Shown here piece by piece: positions 30,523-42,900 of a stretch of DNA of 64,000 bases. Every line of letters starts with the position of its first letter. The first letter of the stretch is position 1. Under the pieces are notes generated by a model. That model did not search any database, had not been told where the DNA came from, and was given only the letters and a program-made list of their open reading frames with translations. Origin of the DNA: Chrysomallon squamiferum (lineage: Eukaryota; Animalia; Mollusca); the NCBI GenBank assembly GCA_012295275.1, contig CM022668.1, positions 1,612,001 to 1,676,000 on the forward strand, written 5' to 3'. A program made the translations under genes and the position numbers.

Positions 30523-30971
30523 TGTCCACATACCTTCAAATATTTTGTTACACACACACACACACAGACACAGATACACACACAATACTTTGTTTTCATA
30601 TTCAAACATCAATCAAAAACTAAATTTCCTGCAAATGTTCATAATGTCTAACACAAATATTTCAATATTATTTTGAACTTAGATGTTGAAAGTTACAAAA
30701 AGTAATCACTAATTATTAATTAAAACTTTTATTAAAATATCTCATTTTTTTAAGGAAGAATTTTTAAAATGCCATTCATCCATATTAGTATGTACCATAG
30801 TATTTGTTCACAGAATATTATAAAATACGTCAAACTGTTCGTACATAGTTAATTATACTTTAGTTTTAGTAATTATAACATGCAAATAAATATAATATGC
30901 ACATATACACATAACATGAACAAACACATAAAAATGCACACCCAGACACATACACATATATACATTCATAA

Positions 30972-31028
<57 letters not shown>

Positions 31029-31857
31029 AAACGTGCTAATGCCGGTGTTTAGGTGTGTTAAAAACAAAATGTAAAATATAAAATCAGACATTAAACTTTT
31101 ATATGAAAATAAATCATTCAGATTTTTTAGTGAAAATGAAAAGCTAGATGTAATCTGCTCTTCTGAATTTAATAAATGACAGATTATATAAAATTCTGGG
31201 TTTTAAGCCTGGAAGGATGAATTTTAAATTTTCTGTTGTAAACCAAACTAGAATGGTTGGGGCAGCTGTTCTGGGTGAGGTTGTGACAGCCATATGTAAG
31301 TAGGTTTCCTAGCAACCAAAATCCCACAATTCTCTTCTCTCTGATCTGTATAATGAGTTCCCAGTGAGTCCTGTCTCCGTGTTTCAGAACTCATACCTGT
31401 ACTCGTTTGTTTAACCTCTACCTGTAACCCACAGCACTTCTGTAAATACCTGACAGGTAGAAAAACACATAGTAGTACAGGTGTTGTCAGACCGTGAACT
31501 TACTTTTACAAGGTTGATTTAAATTATTTTACTTGTTTTAATCTATTTAAACTTTGGGATCTAAATTCACCTGAAGTTGTATATATGTGTGTGTGTGTGT
31601 GTCTGTGTGTTTGTGTGTGTATGTTTATTTGATATTTATCTATATATATGTATATAAGTGAGTGCATTATTAGTTATTTTGTGTGTGTGTTTGTATGTCT
31701 AAATTTATATATTTATTTGTATATTTATGAATTGTACACATATATGTGTGTGTGTTTTAATTTAATACTACACAAAATGTTTGGGACAGAATGTACCCTG
31801 TAGCTTAACATGACTGAATGTTGTAAATAATACTGAAAATAATAAATTCACAGGGAA

Positions 31858-32015
31858 ATTTTTAAAATTGGTGCAAGTGTTAATGATGCATTATACATTG
31901 TCTAGTTAATTTGCTCATTAAAATTAAGAAATAATAATAATTTCTTAATTTTAATGAGCAAATTAACTAGACAATGTATAATAGCATCATTAACACTTGC
32001 ACCAATTTTAAAAAT
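31858..32015. repeat. Near-perfect long inverted repeat (~75-bp arms, 7-nt loop)
   Basis: 31858-31932 is the reverse complement of 31940-32015 except for one extra A in the right arm. The loop is AATAATA. Confidence 0.95.
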
Positions 32016-32825
32016 ATATATATATTATGTATGTATGTATGTAGGTATGTATGTATATGTGTTTGCTAAGCTCATCTTATCCTGTCTGTTAATTGAAGGA
32101 CTAATTAGTTTTCCAGTCTGGTGTAGAGTGTAAATAAATGTTCATTAAGAGTTGATTGTTGACCCAGTGTAAATACCTGTGTATAAACAACCTCCTCTGT
32201 GTCTGCCCCTTTTGTCTTACACTGAACACTCACAGACATTCCTCAGATGTAACTTGATGTGCCTAGGTGTGCTCTACATGTTTTATGGATATTGCTTGTG
32301 TTGCTATGACAACTTGGCCTTTGGTAAAACTTTTCTTTGTTGCAATCTGGACTTTAAAACAGTAACACCTGTAATTACTCAGTTTCTTTTATTACCTGTA
32401 ATTTTGTGTTTTGTCACCTGTATGCTAAAGTGTGTTTTATTTATCTGTTGTTTACTTCATTTATTGTTTGATTTATTTTTTGTATTATTCTGTGTCATTG
32501 TGTATTTATTGTTGTTTTTGTTTTTGGATTTTTTTTATATATATATGTATTACCTTTTGTTTTTTGTTATTGTTTTATTATTAAATTAGTGATTGTGATC
32601 TCTCATTTTTGCATTATTAAAATTCTATTTTATTTTTAAGATACAACTGAACATTTTAAATTAAAGCAAATACATTATTTATCATTTTTATTATTAATTT
32701 TTGTTTTTGATTTGTTTCATATTTCGTTTTTTAACTTGCAAATAAAACACTTAACATTTCTTTTTTTATCATATTTATTCTTTTATTGTCATTAAACAAA
32801 AACAACAACTGTTTATATTTTGCAG

Positions 32826-33064
32826 TCAGCAGATGAAAAACTGCGAAACATTGGCAACAAGCCGCAGGGCTCGAAACAGAGCAGTCCCTCTGGACCCAGC
32901 CCACATGAGGAGGGGGAAGTGATGGCGGAGAGGAGGATACAGACAAGGACAGGGAGGAGAGAGCGTTTTCGGGGTGGGGATGGAGTCAGAGGGCAGGTGG
33001 AGCATCACAAGGCAGAAATCAAAAGAAGATCACGGAGTGAAGGTCCGCATAGCAGAGTCTCCAG
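32826..33064 (+). CDS. Internal coding exon of the large gene (SADEKLRNIGNKPQG...EGPHSRVSR)
   Basis: Abrupt GC/CpG-rich island, acceptor TTTTGCAG|, open frame throughout, donor CAG|GTAAAC in phase 2. This phase matches the acceptor at 33747/33748 (AG+G = Arg). Confidence 0.85.
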
Positions 33065-33066
33065 GT

Positions 33067-33495
33067 AAACCATCGACAAACATCTGTGATTAAACCATCT
33101 ACAAACATCTGTGATTAAACCATCTACAAACATCTGTGACAATAGACAGTTAAAATATCTACAAACATCTGTGACAATAGACAGTTAAAATATCTACAAA
33201 CATCTGTGACAATAGACAGTTAAAATATCTACAAACATCTGTGACAATATACAGTTAAAATATTTACAAACATCTGTGACTTTTTACAGTTAAAATATCT
33301 ACAAACATCTGTGACTTTTTACAGTTAAAATATCTACAAACATCTGTGACAATAGACAGTTAAAATATCTACAAACATCTGTGACTTTTTACAGTTAAAA
33401 TATCTACAAACATCTGACTTTTTACAGTTAAAATATCTACAAATATCTGTAACAATAAGTAGTTAAAAAATCTACAAACATCTGTAACAGTACAT
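33067..33495 (+). repeat. Intronic 25/35-bp minisatellite (ACAAACATCTGTGACAATAGACAGTTAAAATATCT)
   Basis: Starts 3 nt into the intron between the two coding exons. Two ~25-nt units are followed by ~10 units of 33-35 nt. Confidence 0.95.
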
Positions 33496-33747
33496 AGTGG
33501 AAATATCTATAAATATTAGTTTGTTTTAAGAAAAAAAAAAATTAAACTCTCATGTTTACTTACAAATGAACATACTCACATGCAACATTCCCATGTTAAT
33601 AAAGATCCATATTTTAGTATATGTGTCGATTACTATGTTGTATTTGTCTATGAATCCTTGTTTATCTGTATGTTTATATGTTGCATGTATGTTGATTATA
33701 ACATGTATAGAAAAAAACATTTTAATTTACAAATTATCATTTTCCAG

Positions 33748-36700
33748 GCCAAAAGAAGATGAAACTTTCGAATCTTATCCTAAGAATGAGAAGATCATGG
33801 GACCCATATTTGCTGTGACTCACAGCTCCACAGCGACGCGGGTGTCCCGGTATTCTCCACCTTTGTCTGATGAAGGAGGCTTTGTACATGTGCAGGAAGT
33901 GGCAGGCAGTGACACGGACTCTAGTGACAGTGATCGCAAAGTGTGGACCAAGAATCCTCTGGTTGTGAGAAAGACGAGAAGAACAGGAAGAAGTGAGAAA
34001 AGACAGTCAAATATTGAAAATGGTTTTTCTAACAGGACTTCAAATCGTGAAAGTTTTGTGTACTATGGGTCAGGGCAGGACAAGAGTGACAGCAGTGGGA
34101 CAGGCAGTTTGAAGGGCAGCAAGTATCAGAAGCTTGAAGAGCTGAGACGACGCAGGATAGACATCCAGGTCACATCTGATGAAGAGGTTCAGAATACTCC
34201 AGCGTCTCGGATATCACGTTTGAGACAGAGAGCAATCCAGAGTGGGTTAGGCAAACAGGATAGACACAGTTCAATAGAACCTGCAGCAGCAGCAGCAGCA
34301 CCCATAGTGCCCAGCAGCAGTAACCAAAGCTATATCCAGAAAACTCCACTTCAGAATGGAACCAATGTGTATTCAAACCAAGGACAGAGTACTAATGTGC
34401 AGCCAGTTTATCAAGTGGGAAGTAACACACCTTCAGTTGTAGCACCAAAGTCTTTTCAACACTCTAGTCAGGTTATAGATAATTCTAGTCAGAATAAAGT
34501 GTTTTCCTCCAACCAGAAACAAAAACGACAATCACAGGAGATTAAACCTTTTGATCAGAAGGGTTTTTCTGACTCAGGAATTGTTCAGGCATCTAACCTT
34601 CCAGCTAACTTTACAGTTCATTCACAGATACAGCACAACATTTCTGAACCACAACCTTCTTCTTTCACTAAAACTGTTCATGGTGGTGAAATTGTACAAA
34701 AGAAAATCTTTGATAGGCCTAGGGTGCCTTCAGCAGATTCTATATATGACAGTGTGTTTGATGATCCTTCTGCCAAACAAAATATAAACAGGACTTCTTT
34801 CTCTACATACCACAATGTTGGTCATGGGTTTGTCTATATGAGACCTGCTTCAGGAAATGTGATGGAGAAGCCAAAAGAAGCCTCTGGATTTGTACAGAAT
34901 GGTCATCAGATGCCTGCAACATCAAATGAAGTTGTGGAACTGAGACTGAAAACAAATCGAGTACTAGATCGACCTCCGTCCATACAAGGCACACCAGCCA
35001 AACTTGTGTTAAACAGAGTAAACAGTGATGACTCACTGGATGAACTCATTGAGTCAAATATTCAATATCTGGATCAGGAAATTGACAAAAGCAAAAGAAG
35101 AAGTACAACACATGTTTCTAAATCTGCCAGTCTACCAGACTCAAGACATTTTTCAGGATTGCAAATGCCAGAGAGTGGGGTAATTATGCCAGTTCGTTCT
35201 GAGATGAGAATTCCATTTTCTGGAAGTCAGTCTCAAGGAATATCAGAATGGCAACATCCCAAACAAACTCACATAAGCCATGGCAGTGAGCTGCAGTTTC
35301 ATATTCCTGTAGGAACAGGGACCTATCACCCTCCAGAGATTTATATTGCTGATGAGAATAGACAGGGTTCTTTTAGTTCAGTGCACAGTGAAATGGCAGG
35401 GCAGACAAACACTGGATATGTAGGAGGGATGTATGGAGGTGCATCTCTTCATCCTGGTACTTCTGGAGAGAGAAAGTTGTCCTATGACAGCAGAACAACA
35501 TATACATTTCCTGGTTCTGAGTTTCATGATCGGGACATGTCAAAGTCAGACACTCAGCTGAATTCAAATCTGCCTGTTTACAGAGACACAGTGAACCCTT
35601 CGTACAGCCAGCCATACTCCAGTTCTGCAGACCCGCTTGTACAGAGGACTGAGCTGAGTGTTCCTACATTTGACCGAGGAATGTTTTCTGATGTTGAGTA
35701 CAACATAGAGGTGGCAGACAGAGTGAAAAAGTGGGAGAAGTTTATGAAGAAAAGGTCGGAAGTGACAGATGAATCTTTAACAACCATCCAGGAGCAGGAC
35801 ATTCTTCCAAGAGATGTGAGGAGATCAATGTTTCTAGATCAGAGGATTAATATTCCCAAGTCTCCCACCGTTTCAGTGTCACAGAGTTTCACATGGACTG
35901 GAGTGTCTCTGAAACCATCATCTTCTGATCCTACCATTAACATGGCTGGTAATCAACATGTATTTTCACAGCAGACCAACCACATTGTCATTCAGGAACC
36001 AGTGACTGGGTCCAAGTATGCTACAAGTGCTCTGAGCTCTATTTATGTGCCAGGTCCTCAAAAAGCATCTCCTGGTTTAATGAGTGCTGCTGACCTTCGC
36101 AAACATATGGTGGCCAACAAACAGCCAGTGGATGATCATTCAGTTCAAACACTGACCAGTCCTAACCCTGTAAACTGCAGATATCAGGAACTGGATGAGC
36201 TGCAGGAAGCAAAGTCTGAGACAGTGAAAGATCTGTGTAAAATGTTTGATATCAGTTTTCAGAATGAAGGTCAAGTGATGCCAGGTGAAGAGAAATTTTC
36301 AAAAATGTCTCCATCTCAAGCTGACAGTGACACAAACTGGACACAGCTCATTTCAGACTTGGAAACAAAGATAAAAGAGACAGAAGTTTGGTCGCCAGAG
36401 ATGGAGAGTCAGGAGGGAGATCTTGTAAGCATTGAAAGAGTGAAAGCCAGAACACTGCAAACAATCCCGTTCTCTGAAGACCCATTCTGGAAGGAAATAG
36501 AAGAAATGACCAGCTTTGAGAAATTGTTTAAACCTGAGGAATTTGATGATGCTTTGGCCTTCAGATCAGCTAATCAACTTGAGTTCGCACCAAGCCAAAG
36601 TAACACTTTACCCTCTCAGCCAAGAATGTCAGCACGGGATCGCCTGACAAGATCCAAGTCTTTGTACACTCCTAACATAACTCCACTAACAATAACAGTG

Positions 36701-37777
36701 GATAAATACAATGGGCCAAATGCTCTTGATGATGTCCTGGAAGATATTCGAGTGTCGCTTGAGAAACAAAGTCCAAAGGTAAGACGAGGAGGGGACAGTT
36801 CAGACTCACATCGCTCATCACCAGGGCCAACACAAGCAGATATACAGAGGTCAAGATCAAATTACTGGGAGAGGACGTCTGTTCCCCAGACTCAAGGTTT
36901 GTTGATATATGCCAATCAGAACCAGACAGACTCCAAGCCACAAATGTCCTACCCTGGCATGGAACAGTATCCCAATGTTGTAAATGGCAACTACCAGCTG
37001 GACCCAGACATCTTGAAACAGAAACTGCTGAAAACAGGATTAGTGGATGAAAATAAAAAAGCAGTAACAAGACAGTACCAGCAGAAACCAAGTCCTCTGA
37101 TTATCCCACCACCTCCACAGTTCTATGCTCCAGCTCCTCAACCACTCATTTCTCAACCAATTCGAACAAGCAGACAGTCTGAGGAGAAGAGGAATGAGGT
37201 GAATCAGTCAATGGAGGAGCTTCGACAGCTGGCTGTTGACGTGGAGAGAAAGGTCAGCATGATCAAATCTAAGATTGTGAGAGCTGATGAAAATAACCTG
37301 GATAAAATTTTAATGACACTGAAAAAGTTTGCTCCTACAGTGCAGAGCCGATCTCCTGAACCAAAAGCAGATTCATTTCATGACTTTTATGTAAAAAAAA
37401 AGTCCAAGCTTTCAGAAGCCCTTTTTGAACTGGATAAAATTTATGATGGGCTGCAGTTAGATGACAGTTCAGTGATTGAACAGGTTAAAAGACAGGATTA
37501 TCCACCTTACAGAAGACCATCTCCTATAGGTCAGCAGAAACAAGATGAGAAACCAGAAATTTCAAGCAGTATCTCATTTCAGGTGTCAAAACCAGCTGCT
37601 CACAAAGTGGAACAGAGAACAGACACAGATTTTGATGCAATTCAGAGGTCATTTCAGGCTATTCTGGATGAGGTAAACCAAACAGCAGCTACAAAGACTG
37701 AGGCTGGAACAGTCCCTGCAAATGTGATGTCATCTCGGTACCAGCCTACTGTGGTTAAAACAGCAACATCTTTTTTT
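33748..37777 (+). CDS. Giant exon, part 1: large disordered protein, LMO7/LIMCH1/Smallish-like (tentative)
   Basis: Acceptor TTTTCCAG| at 33747 and ~4 kb of open frame with coding-like composition. Includes coiled-coil-like segments (EVNQSMEELRQLAVDVERKVSMIKSKI; LSEALFELDKIYDGLQLDD). The family call comes from recalled motif similarity, not a search. Confidence 0.85.
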
Positions 37778-39939
37778 CACAACCACGACTCCAAACAGCT
37801 TTTAACAAAACAATCACAACATCAGCACCAACACCTGTTGTATCATCCCAAGTTCAAACATCAGGTGCAAAGACAGTATCAAGCACAATTCCCACAACAA
37901 TAGTACAGCCAACAAAGACTGAGACAGTTCCAAGCAAGCCATCTGTAGTCAGCTCATTTCAGCAGGTTGAGAAAAGTCCAGAGGTAAAGAGGAGGAGTAT
38001 TGTTAGCAGTGCAAGAACAGTCTTCCAGCCTGCAGTGAAATCAGAGAAAGAAGGAATCCAGGCTGCAGTTTCATCCACTGTTGTTGATATGGCAGGAAAT
38101 AGACAAAACAGTGGAAAATCTGGTGTTATACCTCAGATGCCAGTGGTTTCATCTCTGAAGACAAAGATTCCTCCAGAAACAAGTCCTAAGCCTAAACGAC
38201 AAAACCTGCAGTCAAGAAGAGGTGTTTCATCTGTGACCTTGACCCCAGCTCCAGTTCTTGTCCCTCCAGAAACCAGTCCAAAACCTAAACGATCAGCAGA
38301 TAAAACACTCAGTGTGACTTGTGTAGCTTTGTCCTCATCTCCAGCAGTGGCATACTCATCATCTACAGTCTCCATGCCCAGACCAAAGCCTCCGCAGACA
38401 ACCTCAGTGTCTCAAACACCAACAAAACAGGTGACTAAAACGTCTGTTTCTGTAGCAACCACACAGAATCCTCCGACATCTGCATGTTCTCTGGACATAA
38501 ATCAGAGAGAAAATTTGACAGCAAATGTTTCCAAGTTGATGAATCAAACAAGTAACCAGGCAGGTGGAATGACTCAACAGTCTCAGAGTGTTTCAATTAC
38601 TCTAAAAACTCCCACGTCCAGCTCCTCTTCCTCTGGTCAACCAGCTAATGCAGCTTCTATGCAGACCTCAAAATCCCCACGAGAACGTCGATCTAGAACT
38701 CGGTTTCGTGCAAAAAATCCTGACCTTGTTGATGATGATGTTGCAGTGAGAAAAGCAAGATCAAAGTCAACACCTAGAATAGATTCTCAAACAACGGCTA
38801 TTACACCATCGCCAACATCAGCTGATTATCTGAATCCAAGGGAGAGCACTCCACCACAGTCACGTATTCGAATTCGACCAGAAAAAGAGGCCGATTTAAT
38901 GCACGATGACATGGCTTACAGAAATCTGAGAAAAGACATCACAATTGAACCACCAAAGATGCCAACAACAACAACAACAACAACAGCAACAGCCTGTTCA
39001 GCAATAGAAATAGAATTGAAGTCGCCAGTTAATTCTGCAGCAGGAACACCTCAAACAAAGCCAAAGTTTGACAAGACAGTTGATCTAACGAAAGCAAAGA
39101 ATTTCACTGACAGATCCTCATCAGCAAGTTCTTCTGCTGTTGGCTCTCCCAAACTTAAAACTGTGGAGACTCAGACGTCTGCTGATGAGCAGAAATCAGC
39201 CCGGTCAAGATTTAGACAGAGACAAGAAGGAAAAAGGAGAATGGGAAAAGGAATTGCAATGATGTTGGAGATATTTAGTTCAAGTGATGATGATCGCAGA
39301 ATGCGGCCGCTGCACACACGAAGTGCTCCTGACCTGAGTCTCATTGGTAATGAAGGTGATGATGAAGGTGCTGAAGAAGAAGAAGAAAAAACTAAAAATG
39401 AAATTCATGTGACAACTTCCTCTGGTCAAAGGGAAAGGCAAGCTGAACATTTTGGTGATAACAAAATGAAACTGGATTCAGTGGACTGTAGTGAGACATC
39501 AGCAACCAACAAACCTCCAGCACATCCAGTTAAAAAATCTTCTGGAAGTCCAGAGAAAATTACTTCCAGCAGTGCTGAACAGTCTGTAGAGAAAGATGTA
39601 TCTTGCAGTGAAAAATTCTCCAAGTTTTCTCTCAGGACTAGAAAGGGTCGTTCTCCAGAAAGAGAGGTGCAGAGTGACACAACCATGGAAATACAGGAAC
39701 GTCCCAAAAGTTTTCATGAACTCCTTGCAAACTTTGAACAGGGTGAAAATCGGCGACATGCCCTGAAATCTTTGAGAAAGTGTGCTTCTGAAGACACTGT
39801 TGCTATGGAAACAGTTGTGAAGAAAGCTTATCAGTCAGATCCTTATCTTTCAGAGCCTAACTTGAGACAAGATGATCCAAGAATTCCAAGTCAGGAAGGT
39901 AGAGTGGTTCTTAATATTGAGCTTAAAGTTAGAAGTTGA
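37777..39939 (+). CDS. Giant exon, part 2 (after the -1 frameshift), with DD(M/V)AxR repeats and the stop codon
   Basis: The -1 frame is open from 37759 to the TGA at 39937-39939 and reads SQPRLQTAFNKTITTSAPTPVV... into ORF 38035. It carries PDLVDDDVAVRK and SPTSADYL...EADLMHDDMAYRNLRKD, resembling the DLxxDDMAxR repeats of the LMO7/LIMCH1/Smallish family. Confidence 0.85.
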   Translation, partial: SQPRLQTAFNKTITTSAPTPVVSSQVQTSGAKTVSSTIPTTIVQPTKTETVPSKPSVVSSFQQVEKSPEVKRRSIVSSARTVFQPAVKSEKEGIQAAVSSTVVDMAGNRQNSGKSGVIPQMPVVSSLKTKIPPETSPKPKRQNLQSRRGVSSVTLTPAPVLVPPETSPKPKRSADKTLSVTCVALSSSPAVAYSSSTVSMPRPKPPQTTSVSQTPTKQVTKTSVSVATTQNPPTSACSLDINQRENLTANVSKLMNQTSNQAGGMTQQSQSVSITLKTPTSSSSSSGQPANAASMQTSKSPRERRSRTRFRAKNPDLVDDDVAVRKARSKSTPRIDSQTTAITPSPTSADYLNPRESTPPQSRIRIRPEKEADLMHDDMAYRNLRKDITIEPPKMPTTTTTTTATACSAIEIELKSPVNSAAGTPQTKPKFDKTVDLTKAKNFTDRSSSASSSAVGSPKLKTVETQTSADEQKSARSRFRQRQEGKRRMGKGIAMMLEIFSSSDDDRRMRPLHTRSAPDLSLIGNEGDDEGAEEEEEKTKNEIHVTTSSGQRERQAEHFGDNKMKLDSVDCSETSATNKPPAHPVKKSSGSPEKITSSSAEQSVEKDVSCSEKFSKFSLRTRKGRSPEREVQSDTTMEIQERPKSFHELLANFEQGENRRHALKSLRKCASEDTVAMETVVKKAYQSDPYLSEPNLRQDDPRIPSQEGRVVLNIELKVRS

Positions 39940-42900
39940 AATATTTGTATGATGTGATATAATGTAGATTTTGTTATTTTTAATGTAGAGATATTTTAAC
40001 AATATTTTCTTATTTATTTATTTATTTATTTATTTATTTTCTTGATTTAGGTTCCTTCCCCTCTTTCCTTACAATTAAAATAGGTGTTTGTTTTGATATT
40101 TCATAACATAAAGGAACACTGATATTTGTTTTGACAAAATATTATACTGCACTATAAATATAATACTCATGGTTTTTTTATGTGGAAAGGACTGGTACTA
40201 TAATTTTAATCTGTTTTGTTCAGTTCTCAAAGCTAAGTAATAATAATACAACACAGTTTGTTTTAGCCACTGCAATGTTTATCTTATTTTGAAAATACCC
40301 TTTTAAAATATGTTGCTGAAAGCTGTTTGCTTTGGACTTTAAGAATTAATCAAGTGAATATATTTTTTAGCTGTAATTTTAAATAAAAAGCAACACTATT
40401 TTTGGAATTTTTTTGAAATATTCAATACTAACAATGTTTTGAATACTCATTCTATCTGACAGGAAAATTCAGTCTTTACATTTTCCTCCAAATTTCAAAG
40501 AAAAATAATAACTAGAAATATCTTGTTTGTTTTTTTAACTATTTATCTATTCTTCTAGAAATGCCTAAATGATACATTTTGAACATACTCTTCCAGTCTA
40601 AATGACTGAGTTAAAACATTATGATACAGAACAATGAGAGATTATTATATATGTGTATGTTATGTTGTGAATGGTTTCTTTCAGTTGTGCAGTCATGGAA
40701 ACACAACTAAGTGGTAATCTGTGTTCTTGCTCCACTGTGCTGTATGTAGATAGATGATGTTTAACCCGCTATTTACAGTACTTGATGTGCTTACAGTTCT
40801 CTTATAGATAAACATAAAACAAAAACATAGGACTTCTGATTGCTTTTAACATCAAAATACTTGAAATAAGATGTATTTGTTGTGTAATGCTGCAAGGCTC
40901 CTAACTTTAAAATAAAACTGCTAATACCATGACACAAATAGATAACCTGAATACATTTTGTATTCTTCCGGTGATCACTTTATTCAAACTTTGCTAATAA
41001 TAAAGTATGACATTCAAACTTTGCTAACAATGAAGTATCTGCATAAAAATCTGAAATATTCTTACTTTTGTATATATTTAAGTGTTCAAACAAACAATAA
41101 AATATATATATATATATATTTCAAATCTAAATAATATTATTTAAAATGCTGTTTGTCAGTTTACTAATGTCTTGGTCATTGGTTACATCATTTATTGATG
41201 TAAACCTTGGTAGCTGTTCTTTGTTCTTTTTTTCTTTTTTTCCAAGACATGACATAATTATGAGTGTACAAGGAAGTAGAGAAATATACAGTATTCATGC
41301 TGCTTCAAAATTCTTAGTTGTCATACTTATTAATATAAATCTTTAATTTTTAATATTATTTCAAACAATACTTGGAAGTTTACATATACTAACTTGGAAG
41401 TTTACATATTTTTAATATTGTTATGATGCAAGTTATCATTATGCTAACAGCTATTCATAACAATATTAAAAATACAACACTGAGTAGAATTAAACTGTTC
41501 TGTGTAAACAGTTAACCTATTGTTGTAAAATAGTGTGTTTACAACATTCAGTTTTCTACTTTATAAAGATGCTTACATTAATGCTTGCACTAAAATTGTC
41601 AAGTTAACTTTTATGTAAATACTGTTAACAATGCTGTTGTTTAATTTATTTGTTATAGTTTCATCTAAATCTGTTTTATGCTATTTTAAAATTATAACAA
41701 TATTTAACTGCAACTTTGAACATATTTATTTTTAAATTGAATATTAATAATTATAATTAATATAATTAAAAATGACTCATTTTAAAAAATTTGATGTTAT
41801 TTATGTAAATTTTAAATTCTAATAAGAGTAAAATTATCTTTAATATGTGAGGCTTTTAAAAAATATTAATGATGTAAAAGCAGTTAGTCATTTTAAACTT
41901 TCTGTTAATTATTATTTCATGTAGTAAAGACTTTTAACTTGAAATCATTCAAACAATCATCATCTATATATAAAAATATATATAAATAGATAAATATTTT
42001 TAAGAAAACATTATAGTGAATCATGAAATTTGCAGTTTTCAATCAATATTTTATCTGTTAAAGACATTTCTTTATTCATTTTTAACTGTTGTGCTGCTGA
42101 AATGTTGTTTTGTGTTTGGTTGGTTTTTGGCATGAATTTGTTGTGTTGTAATTATTTTTAATTTTTTGTTCAAACACACACACACAGTACCATAAGCACA
42201 GATATACAAAGTTACACATCATAAAATCATCCAGTTAAAACTAACTTAATATTGTTCTTGATAATCTGATATTACATGCAAATGGAAAGGAATATTGCTC
42301 CTTCATCTGCTTTACTTTAAGAAATAAATATTGTGTATTTTAAACAAGATAATGTCTTAAAAGATAGACAGGTGTGCTTTATGCAAAGATATGAAAGTTG
42401 GTTTTATGGGAGGTAAGTCTGTAAACGTTGATGAGATCTAAAAACAATGCATTTACTTCCCTTGTAATGTGTGGCCAAATTTTTTGGCAACGTCTGTGTG
42501 GTCCAGTTGTAACCAGTATGCAAAGTGCTGTTTAACATTGTGCAATAGCCTTCATCGACTTTATTTTTACAGTAACAGCTTTACTGTATGAATGTTTCTA
42601 ATAAAATTAATATAACATTGTTTCTGTTACTGCACATGTATTTACAATGTTAATAATTTATTTTATACTAATAACAAACTAATGCTAATTATTAATATAC
42701 ACTTTTTATCATTATGCACGACTTACTAAATCGTTTTCAGTTCAAAACAAATTTTTATCTCATACTTTTTATATAAAACAGTTCCAGAATCTATTTTCTT
42801 TCTTCTTCTTTTTATTTTTAACTGTCCCTTAACAAACTTCAGGCCAAATAAAAAGAAATATTCCTAATGGTCATACTATGATCAGAAAAAGTCTACAGCT

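Noticed and set aside
33566-33747. Hydrophobic N-terminus (MNILTCNIPML...) of the 1445-aa ORF, resembling a signal or TM segment
   Set aside because: It is AT-rich intron sequence upstream of the phase-matched acceptor at 33747, open by chance.
38035-39939. 634-aa ORF as an independent gene
   Set aside because: It starts at a GTG, its frame is open back to 37759, and there is no promoter or clear acceptor. It is the continuation of the upstream exon.
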